A stretch of DNA of 64,000 bases from Yuukianura sp. NJ FZ-2021 (taxonomy: Eukaryota): contig CM102287.1 of assembly GCA_046563655.1 (NCBI GenBank), forward strand, positions 2,728,001-2,792,000. The letters run 5' to 3'. Under the pieces are notes generated by a model that worked only from the letters and a program-made list of their open reading frames with translations, ran no database searches and had not been told where the DNA came from. Both the position numbers and the translations under genes were made by a program. Shown piece after piece: positions 49,801-62,900 of this stretch; position 1 is the first letter of the stretch; each line of letters starts with the position of its first letter.

Positions 49801-50864
49801 ACGAGTTTTTAAGAAATTCATCTTCTCATAAAAATCTGTTTATTGTTTTCAGTCTGGATGGAACAATCGAAGTTCTGTCAAGCGGCGACTTCCCACCCAG
49901 CACTTCTCCATTTGAAATTCTAGATTTCTCGAATCTGGACAGTTTGAGTCTCAACTCTCCCAAACCAAAACTAATCAAAAACTTGAAAGAATTTTGGTTA
50001 ATTGGAAGGAGAGGTTCGTCGTCTTCAAAAAAATCATCAACTGATGCTGTTGTCAATGGTGACTCGGCTCCGAGTTCTGCCGAATCGACAGCATCCGAAC
50101 CCGAAGAAACTTCGGCACTCAGAAGCACCAAGAAAAGTGAAGCGAACAATTCAGTATTTGATGAAGACTCTAAAACTCATCTGACCAAGACTGAACCAAA
50201 CAAATTCCTTTTCCCGGAAGATAATCACCGATCGACGATGGCAAGATCTGAGTCAAGCGAAAATCAGCGTTCCAGTCCTGCTTCGTCTTCCAGGAACCAA
50301 TCAGCGTCTGCGTCTCCCTCGAAGCACAGTCGGGACAACTCGGAACATTCCAGAAACGGTATAGTGACTGACGAGCAACAATCGATAGGAAAGCAACAAC
50401 AACAACAAAATCATCAACAGCAACAACATCAACAAAGTCCAGATGGAGTTTTCTCTGATTCTGAAAATGATTCTGGACATTGTTGTGAATCCGTAGAACT
50501 GGAGAATTCACTGGAAGAACCTGGATTCAGAACGGTAGAGTCCGGGAATTCTTTGAAACTGCCTGGACCAGAAGAATTTGGCGGTGAGTTTCAAAATTTT
50601 GAATTTTTAAAAATTAAATTTTTGAAAATTGTGATTTTACTTTTCAATTTGGTTTTGTTAGGTGGAAATCCGTTTCTGATGTTCCTGTGTCTGACGATGC
50701 TGCTCCAGCATCGTGACCACATCATGCGAAACCAAATGGACTACAACGAAACGGCAATGTACTTTGATAAAATGGTGCGTAAACATAACGTAGTGCGTGT
50801 TTTAGCTCATGCGAGACAAATGTATGGAAACTACTTGAAACAAACCGTGATTCCAAAAGTTTAG
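46809..50864 (+). CDS. TBC1D25: TBC1 domain family member 25 (Rab GAP, OATL1)
   Basis: About 11 coding exons (46809-46874, 46964-47079, ~47719-47828, ~47894-48150, 48283-48597, ~48750-48880, ~49009-49177, ~49255-49461, ~49531-49778, ~49852-50583, ~50662-50864). RRFSVDP, LVSDWDLGAAF, RPPLSDVEFRNYLD, KKDVLRTDR (Arg finger), YCQGMSDLASPLL (Gln finger), LLFCYRWLLLEMKREF, GNPFLMFLCL...DYNETAMYFDKMVRKH. Confidence 0.95.
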
Positions 50865-51814
50865 TTATTTCCTCAACTTTTCCAGAAATTTAAGTTACCA
50901 ATTAAGTTAATTAGTTAAACCCAAGTCCATTATCGATTAACGTTGATCCTGATTAATTGATCAGTTAAGAGTTATTTTGTAAAACGATGGTTGTTTTTCC
51001 AAATACGGTTTGATAGATCTCGTCTTCAACCTCACTCTCGTGTGACTCAACTAATCACAATGTCAATTGAACCTGATCCACACTTAAGTCACTGATTAAT
51101 CAATTAATTGAAATTAATACTAAGATTAATCGTCCTCGTGATGTCCATACCTTTCGTAAACTATATTTATAAATAGCACTGGCTCCAGCACGTTGACGTT
51201 TAAGCAATAAAAGGTATACCCAGAATCTCCAAAGCAGTACAATGTGCTGCCAGTATTTTTTTTTGCAACGTTTTTGACAACTATTGCGAAATTCGTTTTT
51301 TTATAGATTTGTTCAACATCGTGCTTAGGAATTCGAACTGGTATTGGCGTTTTTGCAACTCTTTAGGTGGTGTTTTTTAGTTGTGAAATTCTGCAGGTTC
51401 ATTTTTCAGAAATTTTTTTGCAATATAGTAAGCGAGATGATGATGATTTGCAACTGGAAATGGGGGAAAGTTCCAATTTTTTAGAATTTTGTGATCCTAG
51501 GAATCGTAAAATTTTAGTGTGGTTTTGGTAGAATTGAGATAGGAGATTGTACGGAGCGAAGAGGTGGATAGGAGAACTGCCTCTGCCTTGCTTTTGTATG
51601 GGAAGTCCGCCAGCGGGAAAAAGTTGAAGAAGGCGAGGAGCCTTTCTGAACCGTACGATCTCCGCATAGATCCGGACACTTTCCAGCAGAACCTTTAACT
51701 TCACAATGGAAAATCTCTTCCAAAAGAAATTAAAAAATTCATAATCTTTAAAAATTCATTTCTTAGGAATGGAAATTCCTTTGAAAATTCTTGCATCAAT
51801 TTATATGAAATGAT

Positions 51815-52172
51815 GTTCTGACATGTGAGGCGGCCGATGGCAATTTTGCCGTCCAATTTGCAAAAGAGTAACACGTTACTCCAAAAGAGTTAAATGTTAC
51901 CGCTCAAAAGAGTTACCAGTAACTCCTTCCGTTTCTAGATAAAAAGGAAAAATTCGCATTTTTTGAAAAATGGACGGGGGTAGTTTCAGAGTGCGGACAT
52001 CCGGAGTGAGGTGTAGTTCAGGAGTGCGGACCTCCGGCGGAACAACAAAACGCGGAAAAGAGTTACCAGTTACTCCTTCCTTTTCAATATAAAAGGAAAA
52101 CTCACTAAATCATTCTCGTTCAGTCTTATCTTTCATCTCATCTTGGAAATAACCGAATTTTGATAAAAAAAG
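51815..52172. mobile_element. Dispersed repeat copy 2 (inverted relative to 7015-7280, with an internal duplication)
   Basis: ggccgatggcaattttgccg, gagtaacacgttactc, two copies of aaaagagttaccagt.actccttcc, and tataaaaggaaaactcactaaatcattctcgttca. Lies between the convergent 3' ends of TBC1D25 and ALIX. Confidence 0.75.
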
Positions 52173-52572
52173 CATGACCTAATTTATATCCCGTTAGTTT
52201 TCAATTTGTCTCAAGCTGCCAGTACTTTGATATTTACAGTACTGCCAGTACATTAGTTTACTTTCTAGAATCTACGATTGGTGCTAGAAAAATTTTGAAT
52301 ACGAGATAAATATACTTACGAATTTTTAGTTTTCTTGAGAAAAAGCAGTTGCTTTTCCAAAAAATCTAGAATTTGGATTTTACAAATCAAAAAGCGAAGC
52401 GCTCTAGAAATTAGTTAATTTTAGCCAGTTTTTGGGAAATAGGAGTTCTAGAATAACTTAAGGTTCAAGTTATGCACTTTTCGCCCTAGCAAATGCAAAG
52501 TTCAGAGTCAAAAGGTCACCGTCGAGGTCAAAGCTAGTGTAACAATGTTAGAAACTGGAGTTCGACCGGAGT

Positions 52573-55500
52573 TTACTGATGCGGCTGCTGTTGGTTGTAT
52601 GGCGGAGGGTATTGCTGCATCGTCGGCTGGACAGGATAAGGATAATCTGTAATTCAGAAAAAAGTTGCAAAATAAACTTTGAAAAAAAATTGAACAAATG
52701 AACTTTTCTTTTCAAAAATTTTGAAAAACCTACTCTGTGGCTGTCCTGGCTGTTGTTGTTGTGGAATTGGAGCATAAGCTCCATATGGATTGTATGCTCC
52801 TGGCATGGGAGTGAAGGGGTATGGAGTTGCTTGTTGTTGGAATGGCATGGGCATTCCTTGTGGTTGGTAATTCGGATATGGCGGGTAAGTTCCATACCAC
52901 TGTGGATTCGGTTGTTGTTGTGCTGCTGCAGCTAATGGTTGCGGAGCAACTGCTGGTTGCTGTGCTTGTGCTGGTGCATAAGGTAAGGGTTGTGCTGGAC
53001 CAGCATATGGTGTCGTGGGAATAATCGGTTGTGGAGGTCTTGGCGGCGGTTGAGTAGCATTACTGGCCGATGCTGTCCTGGTCACGTCTTTCAGCAGTTC
53101 TTCCTTCTCCGTTTTCCGAGCGAAACAGAAGTCAGTGACTTTGTTCTGGTAAGTCAGCAGCAGCTACAAAAAGAAATCAAAATCAGTAAGATTTCAAATA
53201 TTTTTCTTAAATTTTTCCAAATTCTGTTTCCTGAAAACTCTTACCTGGGTCAAATCATTGTAGAACTTCGTTCCCTCCTTGATGTTGCTCTGAAGTTCAC
53301 TGAAAGCATCAAATCCCTCTGCCAACTGCCGCATGACACTGTCTCTGCTGTTGGCATCCACTTGGTCAGTACTCTGCTGTCTCCCGAAGTACTCGTCACT
53401 GTTGGCTTGGATTTCTGCCAGCAGTTCCTGTTGCCTTCCAAGCTGTTCCTTCACGGCAGCATCGTAAGTTGCAAATCCATGACCAAGTAGCTCTAAACTC
53501 AATGCAGGTTCGTTGATCACCCCGTCTTGAGCCAAGGCCTGCAAAAATTGTGTCTTGAAGTCAAAAGTCACCGTCTTCAACTTGGATTCCAAATCTGCCC
53601 TCTCCGCTTTCATAGTTTCGACCTTTCAAAAAACACGAATTTTGAAATTTTCAGCTCAGCTTTTGAACAAATTGTTTGAAAACTCACTTCTCGCATCAAT
53701 CGCTTCAAGTTTTCCTTGGCATTGGCCGATCCCGTTCCTCCGGAACGAGCTGACGAGCTTTGTGGCAGTCGACTGGCCAAGGCACTTTCTCCAGCACTCA
53801 ACACTTCCATGGCATCATGATGAGCAGCAAGTTTTGATCTAAAATTGTTAGAAAGTTAACTTTTTTGCTTAACTTTTTCGAAAGATTTTCTCCAACTTAC
53901 TTCACAATTTGGTCAGCTGATAGAGCATTGTTGATAATCGTTCTGTACTTGCTCAAATTTTGTTTGAACGAGGCATTTAAACTTGCCGACGCTGTTCGAG
54001 TCCACTTTTCTTTCAACTGTGACCGCAACTGCTCGTCGGACTGTTCTTCCTCAGTCAGAAGCCGTTCAGTCTAAAATTTCAAAAAAGTAGGTCATTTCAA
54101 AAACAAAATTAATTAGATTCAAGACTACGGCCATACCTCATCCAAAATTTCTTTGTTTCTTTGAACCAGTTCAGGCAATTCGTTAATCGTCGCCTCCAGT
54201 TTCCGAACTCCTCCTTGTTCCTGTACTGCTCGAGACTTTTCAAGCAGCGATTGTGGCACTGAATTTGATGCTCCTTGGTCTTCAATCGCTGCTGGCAAAT
54301 TCAGCGATACAAGAATAGAATTCAGCAGTTGTGACCCCTCTCGCAGTTGACCTACTCGAGCATTGACAATTTCTGCTTTCCGCATGTCACAGGCTTGCAT
54401 GGCATGGTGGACTGGAACCGGCACCAAGTCTTCGAATCTAAAAATCAAAATCCAAGAAAAAGTTCACGATTTCGAAAAATTTCCAAAATTCGGGAGCAAA
54501 AATCTTACAAGTCTCTTCCAGTATGAAACTTTGTTGGAACTGGAGTTGGTTTTGCTAGGCGAGCAGTTCCTACTTTCTCAACTGGAGCCATCGATTCTGG
54601 AACTCTTTCGTGATAGATAAAATCGTTATCTTTCTTAGCTTCTGCAAGAGAACGCGTAGCTTTTCCAACATAATCCGCAAATAAATTGGGTATTCCTGAT
54701 CGTGTTTGAGCTTGTTTCAATTGTTCTAGACACAAATTCAATCGACCAATCTGCTCTCCAATTTGTTTCTTTGAAGCACAAACGTTACTCTGAAAGTAGT
54801 TGGCCAATCCAACAAAAGCAGCTTGCTTTCCAGCGATCTGAAAAAGAAAAAGAAAAACAAATCTGAAATAAATCTGGAAAAACTTTTTGAAATTGTAAAA
54901 TGCTTACGGTAGACAGCCATTCCTTGTCCCAGTAGACTCTGGTTTCTTTCTGCATGGTATGAAGTGTCTCAGCATACAAATCTTCTGCTTGCATTGCTAG
55001 TTTAGCAATAATTGCATCCTTCATCTTATCTTGAATTGCTTTGTAGACAAATACTTCCTGTGCTTGAGCCAGCATCAATACAGATAACACTGAAAGTGCT
55101 TGTGGACTTAAGTCAGCTGTTGGTTCATGGCCACCCATCACTCCAGCGGCATTTCGAAGTTGAGCGAATATCCCGGCAGCACTTTGGAACAACTTGGCAG
55201 CATTTTTCAGCTCTTCGTCAGTATCTGATACCCGTGAGGCAGAAGCCAACTGACTCTGCATCGCAGCGATGTTGAATAGAATGCAAACTTTTTCATATCC
55301 AAGTGAAGGTACAGCTAAAAAACAACAATGCTTTTCAAAAATTCAACTCCTAAATCAATTAGTAATTGACTACGGCTTACTCAAGCTAACTTTTCCACCG
55401 AACATTCCGCCCTTATCGAAAGCATCTCGCCACTTGAAGTTGACCTGGAGGTCTTGCGATGGAATCTTGAGTTCAATGGATGCAATCTGATCGTGGTACC

Positions 55501-55791
55501 TAAAAAATAGGAAAAGTTTTTAGTCAGCTGACGTTTGTCAATTGATAATTGAATAACTAATTAGCCAGTGTTTGTAACTTACTTGTAAAGTGCTTCTAGT
55601 ACAGACTGCGACCTTTCGTTCTGTTTAGCGACAGCATAACTTCTGAGCTTATTAAATTCCGTAATGGAGTTGAGAAATTCTGCTTGACGTTCGGGTGACG
55701 AATACAAACCGGCAATGATCGTTTTCAGTGGCTTCACAAGATCCAGCCCCTCCGATGCCCTTTTCAAAGGTACGCTCAGTAGTCCTTCCAT
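52573..55791 (-). CDS. PDCD6IP: Programmed cell death 6-interacting protein ALIX (Bro1 + V domain + proline-rich tail)
   Basis: About 10 exons from [105 protein letters not shown]. The last exon 52646-52573 ends ...YNQQQPHQ*. Confidence 0.96.
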
Positions 55792-56901
55792 TCTTTACGT
55801 GATTTCTTCTTCCAATTTAGTAAGATTGAGACTTCCAAACTGCAAATCGTAAAAAAATCGTTAAACTCGTCTTTTGCACTGATTTAGATTTTGTGTATTG
55901 CGGAATTTCCAAGCCTGAGTCAGGATTTGCGACTGACTCAGTTAACTTTAATAGATTACTGACCTGTTGGAGTCCGTTGATAACTTAACAATAACTTGTT
56001 TTTGGATGATGATTGATGATAACTAATTTACCGTTGGTAAGACAAGTGTCAATGAGTCATTGTCAAATTCCTCTTGGTGTCCATCGTCATCTGTGCTAGT
56101 AACAGTTCAACGCCACTCAAAACAAAGGGAAAATGGGTGGGGTGTGGGAGGGAGAAATGATCTTTGAATTTTGCCAAATTCAAATTTTTCAGTTTCCCGC
56201 CAAAACGAAATTGGCAAAAGATAGCGTCTTTCCTTATGAACATGAAACCAAATTTTTCTAATTTCTTCAGAATTTAATAAAAATTCTTGAATTTTTGAAG
56301 GCTTAACGTTGAACAAATCTGGAAAAAGTACATTTTTAATGACATTTTGGAAATCACTTTAAGATTTTGACATTCTATGGTAAAATATGAGAATTGAAGT
56401 GCATTTTGTGCCATAAAAGTTTGTGGGCGGAGATGGAATTGAGTGAATTGAGGTTAAGATGTTAAGGGGCTTTGGATTGAAAGGGAAACCAGTGTTATGA
56501 GATGCTACAGGTGATATTTTGTTATTGTAATTGTAGTAATAGGACATGGGGGGATACTTGGGCAGTATTTGCCAGTACATGGGTCACTGTGTCTTCCAAC
56601 ATGTCGAGACTCCTGTCATTGCTCAGTCGTCCAACGCACTTGTCACTGGGGACATCCCCTTACAAACACTAAACAATAAGTACATCACTAACCTAGTACT
56701 GTTACATAATTTTTGAAAAACAGAATCACAACAATTTTTTCGAAACATTTTGTCCTAAACATGGTGCTCATCATCACAACTACTGTCATCATCCGTTAAA
56801 AGTGACAGCAAAACTTATTTAATTTAGTTCAAATTCTGTCAATTTTCAGTTTAAATCTTCAAGTTTATAGCAAAACCGATTTCTTGTTCTGAAGAAGAAA
56901 A

Positions 56902-59900
56902 ATGGCGAAAAATTTTCAGCAACTGTTACTGGTAAGTTAAAATTTCGAAGTTTCTGGTAGTACCTTGTACTAGTAGTTTACATTGGATTGGACACATTTC
57001 ATTGTAAACTACAATTGTCCACTTTTTAGCAAGTTTTTTTTTGGCACGTCGAATTGATGATTACATAAACAGCTTAAGAACAACAATCTGAAGTACAAAA
57101 ATAACAAAAATCTCTGCCTGCTGATACATCAATGTCAACAAAATTTGAAATCGCAAAAGTTAATGGAAGAAGCTTATAAAAATATCAAAGAAAAAAGTTT
57201 ATGAAATTGTATTGTTGACAATCTAACGATGCGTAATACGCAATAAATTGATGAGTGAGTGATGTTGAGGTTTACGTTTTCGCAAACCATGATTCTGACA
57301 CGTAACGGCAAGGATTTGGAGTTCTCAAGATGAATTTTGGAAATCATTAATGGTTAATCGGATTTGTGATTAAGAGGCTCTTACCTTTGTGCGAATCTTT
57401 TTGCAAATTCCTTGACATGAATACGCCAATTCCCGAACCTTGCCAAGAAAATTGAATTTCAAAATTTCAATTTTGATTTTACATAACTCTTTGCATTTTG
57501 AAAGTTACACAAGAATTCAAAAAACGCAGTAACACGCAACAAAGTTTAAACACTATGAGAATTTTTTGAGGAAGAAAGATGACTGAACTGAAGGTAACAA
57601 AAAAATTTGCAAAAAATTTCCCATAAAGTCAAAAAATTGCTATTTTGTCTTCCAAAAATCTTCGTTTCCTGTGAGAAAGTCCTACGAAGAAGGTGAAGTT
57701 TCAAAGTTTCACAATTTTTGTGCACAAAAGGACAAAAAAAAAGCACATTTTTCATTTTTTTTCCTACAAGAGCATCTTCACTTCCGGAAAGAAGTTATAC
57801 TCAATTTCAAAATTGCGAAATTGCCCTTTGACCTCATCTTCATTTTTTTGCAAACTTTGTAAAGACTGTGCAAAATTATGTCACCGATGATTATGAGTTG
57901 TGAGATGGAGGGGGAGGGGCACTTAAGTGCCTGATCTCCTCAACGTGTGAATTTTGTATCACTTTCGTTTTGCTTTTAATGGAAACGAAATTGATTGTCG
58001 TGTTTCAATTGTAACGTTTAACTTTTTTACAATAGAAAAACGTGTGTGCATGAGCGGAAGTCACCGTCATATGTCATCTTTTTTGTCAATTTACAATTTG
58101 AAATTCTCAAATACAAATTTGAGGGTTCAATGCCATTTCTCCGAATGAATTACAACGAAGCGAATTTCTCCAAATGAATTTCCGCGAAGCCAATTAAAAA
58201 AAAGTTGAATTACAACGAAAGTTGAATTACAACGAAAGTTGAAGTTACAACGAAAGTCCAATTACAACGAAAGTTGAATTACATTTAACAACGAAACGAG
58301 ATACGTTGACTTTGTGCATGTGCATTCGTCTTCCGCTGTAATTCAACTTTCGTTGTAAATTAGTTTCGGGGAAATTCATTCGGGGAAATTCGCTTCGTTG
58401 CAATTCATTCGATGAAATGGCGTTCTCCCACTTTATTTTGAAGAAAAAACGAGCCCTTAAAGCCCCTACGTTGTTCACTCTTGTGTAAATTGAACAATTG
58501 AAAATGAGTTTATAAAAATTATGTTGAAAGAGTAACAATGCGTGGGTGGGGCCGGAAGGGGTGTCACATGATGGATGAAGTGTCGTCAAGTGTCAAAAGT
58601 CAAATGTCAAAAAATTCAAATTCTCGCGCCAGAAGGCTCAATTGTGGACTTAATTGCCCAAACTTCCTTGAATTGTCTAAAAATTTGAAAGCAGTTTTGA
58701 AATGCTTCGATTTGTAATTCTAAATTTCACCTCCTTCGCTGTAGTTTTCAAACCTTAACCTTTGACCCCACCAATCCCAGCTTCATTGTTTTGCAATTTC
58801 GTGCCCAACTAGCACAAGAGTGAACTAATTGTGCACGAAACAAGCGGGGGTTAGATTGCATAATGGTCAATTACAGATGACAACGAGATAATTTCCGTTA
58901 ATTCTTTCTGCATCTATTGTGGTTGTGCACAAGTCTAAAGTGCTCTGTAGACTCGTGCACACCTTTTGAACCGAACTTAATTTCTAAATCGAGAGCACTT
59001 TCTCTCTCATTAGCTACTTTCACTCATTGTTATCTTTGAAACTCCACTTCCATTTACAGTTAATGTGACTAATGTTTAATATGAATGTTAAACACAGTTT
59101 AAAACTTAAGTGCAGTCCGTTTTTTATAATCACAACAATTTGTCTATTATGTTCATCACGCCTCCATTTTCTTAAACTTTTCAATTCTTTTTGTGAACAA
59201 GCCAAGCAATAATGTTGTGCACTTAAAATGAAAGTATGAAAAATATTTTGTTAAATTCTTTTTTGTTATGTTATTATAATATTTAGTACTTTTGTTTGAA
59301 ACACAATGTTGCGTCATAATTCGACGAAAAGTTCCTTATGCTAATCAAGATGCTGACACTCCAATTAAATGTGGTTTTGCATCCATAAGAGCAAGTTGCA
59401 TCACAGGGCACTTAAAATACCAAAAAATAAGGATTTCCTCCATACATCAACTTCAAACACGCACATGAGACAGTGTGTTAAGTGGAATTTTTTACAATTG
59501 CGGAACTCAAATGAGAAAATACATGCCCATAGGCTCCAAACCAACTAGATATACACAAAAAGATCTACACAAAATCACCTATACACAAAAACTATCAAGA
59601 AAAATCATAAATTCTGATCAATATATAATGATAATGATATTGATAATGAATTTATTGCTCGAGGTAATAGGATACGATACTAACGTAAGTTTTATGCATA
59701 AGTTATATTGTTTGGTAGTTTTTATGTTTAGGCGATTTTGTGTAGATGTTGCGATTATTTCATACCTGTGACGTTCTGTGTGTATTGGGTTATAACGACC
59801 AACATTTTTTTTTGTTTTTGGCGTTTAGATTGGAGATTTTAGTGTTGGGGATATTATTGTTGAACTTTTTGTGTGAGAGGCATTGATTTTAAGCTAAGTT

Positions 59901-62900
59901 TGCGTTGAATGGCGTTAAATCTTTAGTGTTATGCGAAATAGGAAGAAGAAAAGACTGGATTTAGGAGGGCGTGCCACCAACGTAGTGTTTTAACAAATTC
60001 CAATGTCATGTTCTAATACTGTCGGCTATTCGTACAAGTTTAACCTGTGAATGATGCAATTGGCGACAACTTTAAAGTTTTAGACTCCTGATGTCATCTT
60101 TGAAACTTCAGTCTTCCTATTGTTCTTGTTCCTCCAAGTACCCAAATAAGGAGCCCTTAATAAGGGCTCTCAAGGACACACTCCACTCTAAACAATAGAC
60201 CTTAAACCTAAACCCAGGAATGGGAAGACCATGATATCACAACATCCCAATCTTGAGGCGTGGGATTTTAGTCGTAACCTTAAAACTCTGAAACTAAATC
60301 AAAATTTCAGGTAAAGTCAAAATTTTATGTCAGAATGAGCAATTTTTGCCAATTTTGTGATAAAGATGTTAATTTCTAATTTTCGCAATTTTTGTACACT
60401 GTCCATTAGATTGGCTATTGAGGAAGTTCGGAAAAGTTGCAAACTTTAAAGTAATATTGCAATTTTTTTTTGCAAATGAATTTATGAAGGCTAAAACTGT
60501 GAAGATCCTTAACAGTTTTAAATTGGACTTTAATTGCACACGCAAAAATTTGTAATAGAGGTGATAGAGAATAGGGAGTTTGGAAATTGCAATTCGCAAA
60601 GAACTGTGACTTGCAAATTTTTGCAAAAAAAAAAAAAAATCCGTTATTAATAGTTATAACACTGACATGAAAATTTGAAGTTAAGCGTTTTTTGATTAAT
60701 GGCTATTCAATTTCAAAAGTTGCAAAAAAATTGTTCAAAATCAATAAAACGCATCTCCGCCACGCCTTGCACGGCCCATCCTGGAATCTAATTATGCTAA
60801 TTCTGGAATTCGGTGCCATATTTGGCACAAGTCAGTTTTCGCCAATTTACAAATTTAGAACAAAAAATTTGCAACTTTTGCTTTCTGTGCAGAATCAAAA
60901 ACCTAAAACATAGTCCCTGTTTTTGTCCTTTCTTAATTTGGTCAACATTTTGGTATGTGATCAAAATCTGCTAAAATTGGGAGTTCGCGAATTTACGAAT
61001 TTAAAATTCGAAATTTTTTGCAAAGAGGTTCATTAGGAGATCTTTGTGTTGATGATGAAGATGAGCCATCGCATCATCATCGTTTCCTTGATCAGTGATC
61101 ACTCAGGGTTTTAGGGTGTACCATCTCCACATTAGGAAATACACTCCAATTGTTATGCTAATGATTCACTATTTATTATATTATACTAATATATTATTCT
61201 TATTACACAATTTAAATAACAAAAGAGACATTATATTATTCACAAGACGGATGATGATGAAAATTGAGTTTTTTGAAATTGGAGATGAGTCTTGTTTAGA
61301 ATTTGTTTTGAAAGAACTAAATCCCCATTGTGCGTATCAGTCGATTAGTGGCTTCCGGTCATATTTTGCAATTTGAAGAAATTTGCAAATTTCCATTTGC
61401 ACAGCAGATGCTCTGCGGACACAAAAATTGACAAAAGAGAATTGGAAAGTTGCAAAAACTGAAATCGGATGATCTGAACATGGGAGTTGAATGGAATGAA
61501 TGTGTGAGCTTAGTAATTAATTAATTAGCTCCGGAGGACTCGCAATTTGTCACTTTCAACTAAGAAAAAGAAACAAGATTGATCTGATTTCCTGCTGTGC
61601 GGTGGAGATTAATAAAATTTCTACACACCTCGAATCAGTTTTTCAATTTCGCCACTTTTACTTTGTTAATAACTCGTTTTTCGACTTGGTATGAACCATA
61701 ATTTTCAAAATTCAAACAACTAACACGAACTTTGGAAGTTCAAAATTTTGAAATCTTGAACTTTCAAAATTTTGCAGAAAAAAGATTTGTCAAGACAGGG
61801 GTTCCAGGTCATAAGCGCCTAACCAAAAAGCGCCTCTCCAATAAGCGCCCCTCAATATGAGCCTAAAAAATAAGCGCCTCCATACAAAAAGCGCCTCCAC
61901 CCAAAAACAGCCTCCATCCAAAAGCGCCTAACCAAAAAGCGCCTCTAGGCAAACAGCGCCTCCAACCAAAATGCGCCTCCAGTTCCAATTAAAAACCCGG
62001 TTTATTTTATTCAAAATAACGGAGAGATAAATAACCTAACTAACCTAGAAGTGACAAAATCCTATCCAGACACGAGGAGAAACCCGTGAAACGTAATTAG
62101 CGTTGCGAACTTTCACAAACCTAAGCTAACATCACCGAAATCCTCGAGACGTAATCCGTATTGCCAACTTTAACCAAACCTAACACCGCGCCTTCGGCGC
62201 GGAAAACTATAGCCACATTATTAAATGAAACTAAATAAAGCAAGTTTTAATTGGAACTAGAGGCGCTTTTTGATTGGAGGCGCTTTTTGCATGGAGGCGC
62301 TTTTTGGTTAGGCTCTTTTGGATGGAGGCGCTTTTTGGATGGAGGCGCTTATTTTTTAGGCTCTTATTGAGAGGCGCTTATTGGAGAGGCGCTTTTTGGT
62401 TAGGCGCTTATGGGTTGCTACGAAGACAGGAACTGGTAAACATCAATAACTGAATTTTAAATTTCCGGTTTTGGGATTCAGTGAAAAGTTTTTGTCTTAA
62501 GTGGCGTCGAAGTTGAAGAAAATTCGACACTTTTTGGAATTGGCGTCGAACTTAGAGAAAATTCGACATTTTTGTTGTTAAATTTTGAATTTCCGGCAGG
62601 TCAGAGGTCAAATTCAAACGATTCTTTTGTGAATGAACCTCAAGGTCGACTCAAATTCCTTTCACTTTCATCTCACGCATGTCCATAAATCATGCAGAGG
62701 ATGATGAACTTTTGTCGAGTTTCAAATTCCTTTTATTGTCTTTTCGTGCTCTACGAACATCTTTAAACTTTCAAACTTAAACCGCCCTCGCTCACATTTA
62801 GTGCTAAATACTCTCTGTCCAAAAAATGAGCTATTCAACTCACGTTCGTCTCTTGACCTTTGACCGCCCCTTGCATCATAAGCACCAAATTAATAAATTT

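Noticed and set aside
49531..50583. Long Ser/Gln-rich insertion splitting the TBC domain
   Set aside because: A low-complexity insert before the GNPFxxFLCL segment is a normal TBC1D25 feature.
58200..58290. Regular 17-bp repeats resembling a CRISPR array
   Set aside because: Head-to-tail tandem units without unique spacers, part of a eukaryotic foldback element, and no cas genes.
60151..60169. Palindrome gagcccttaataagggctc resembling a histone stem-loop
   Set aside because: Wrong stem and loop geometry (no GG...CC 6-bp stem with a UUUN loop), no HDE, and intronic.
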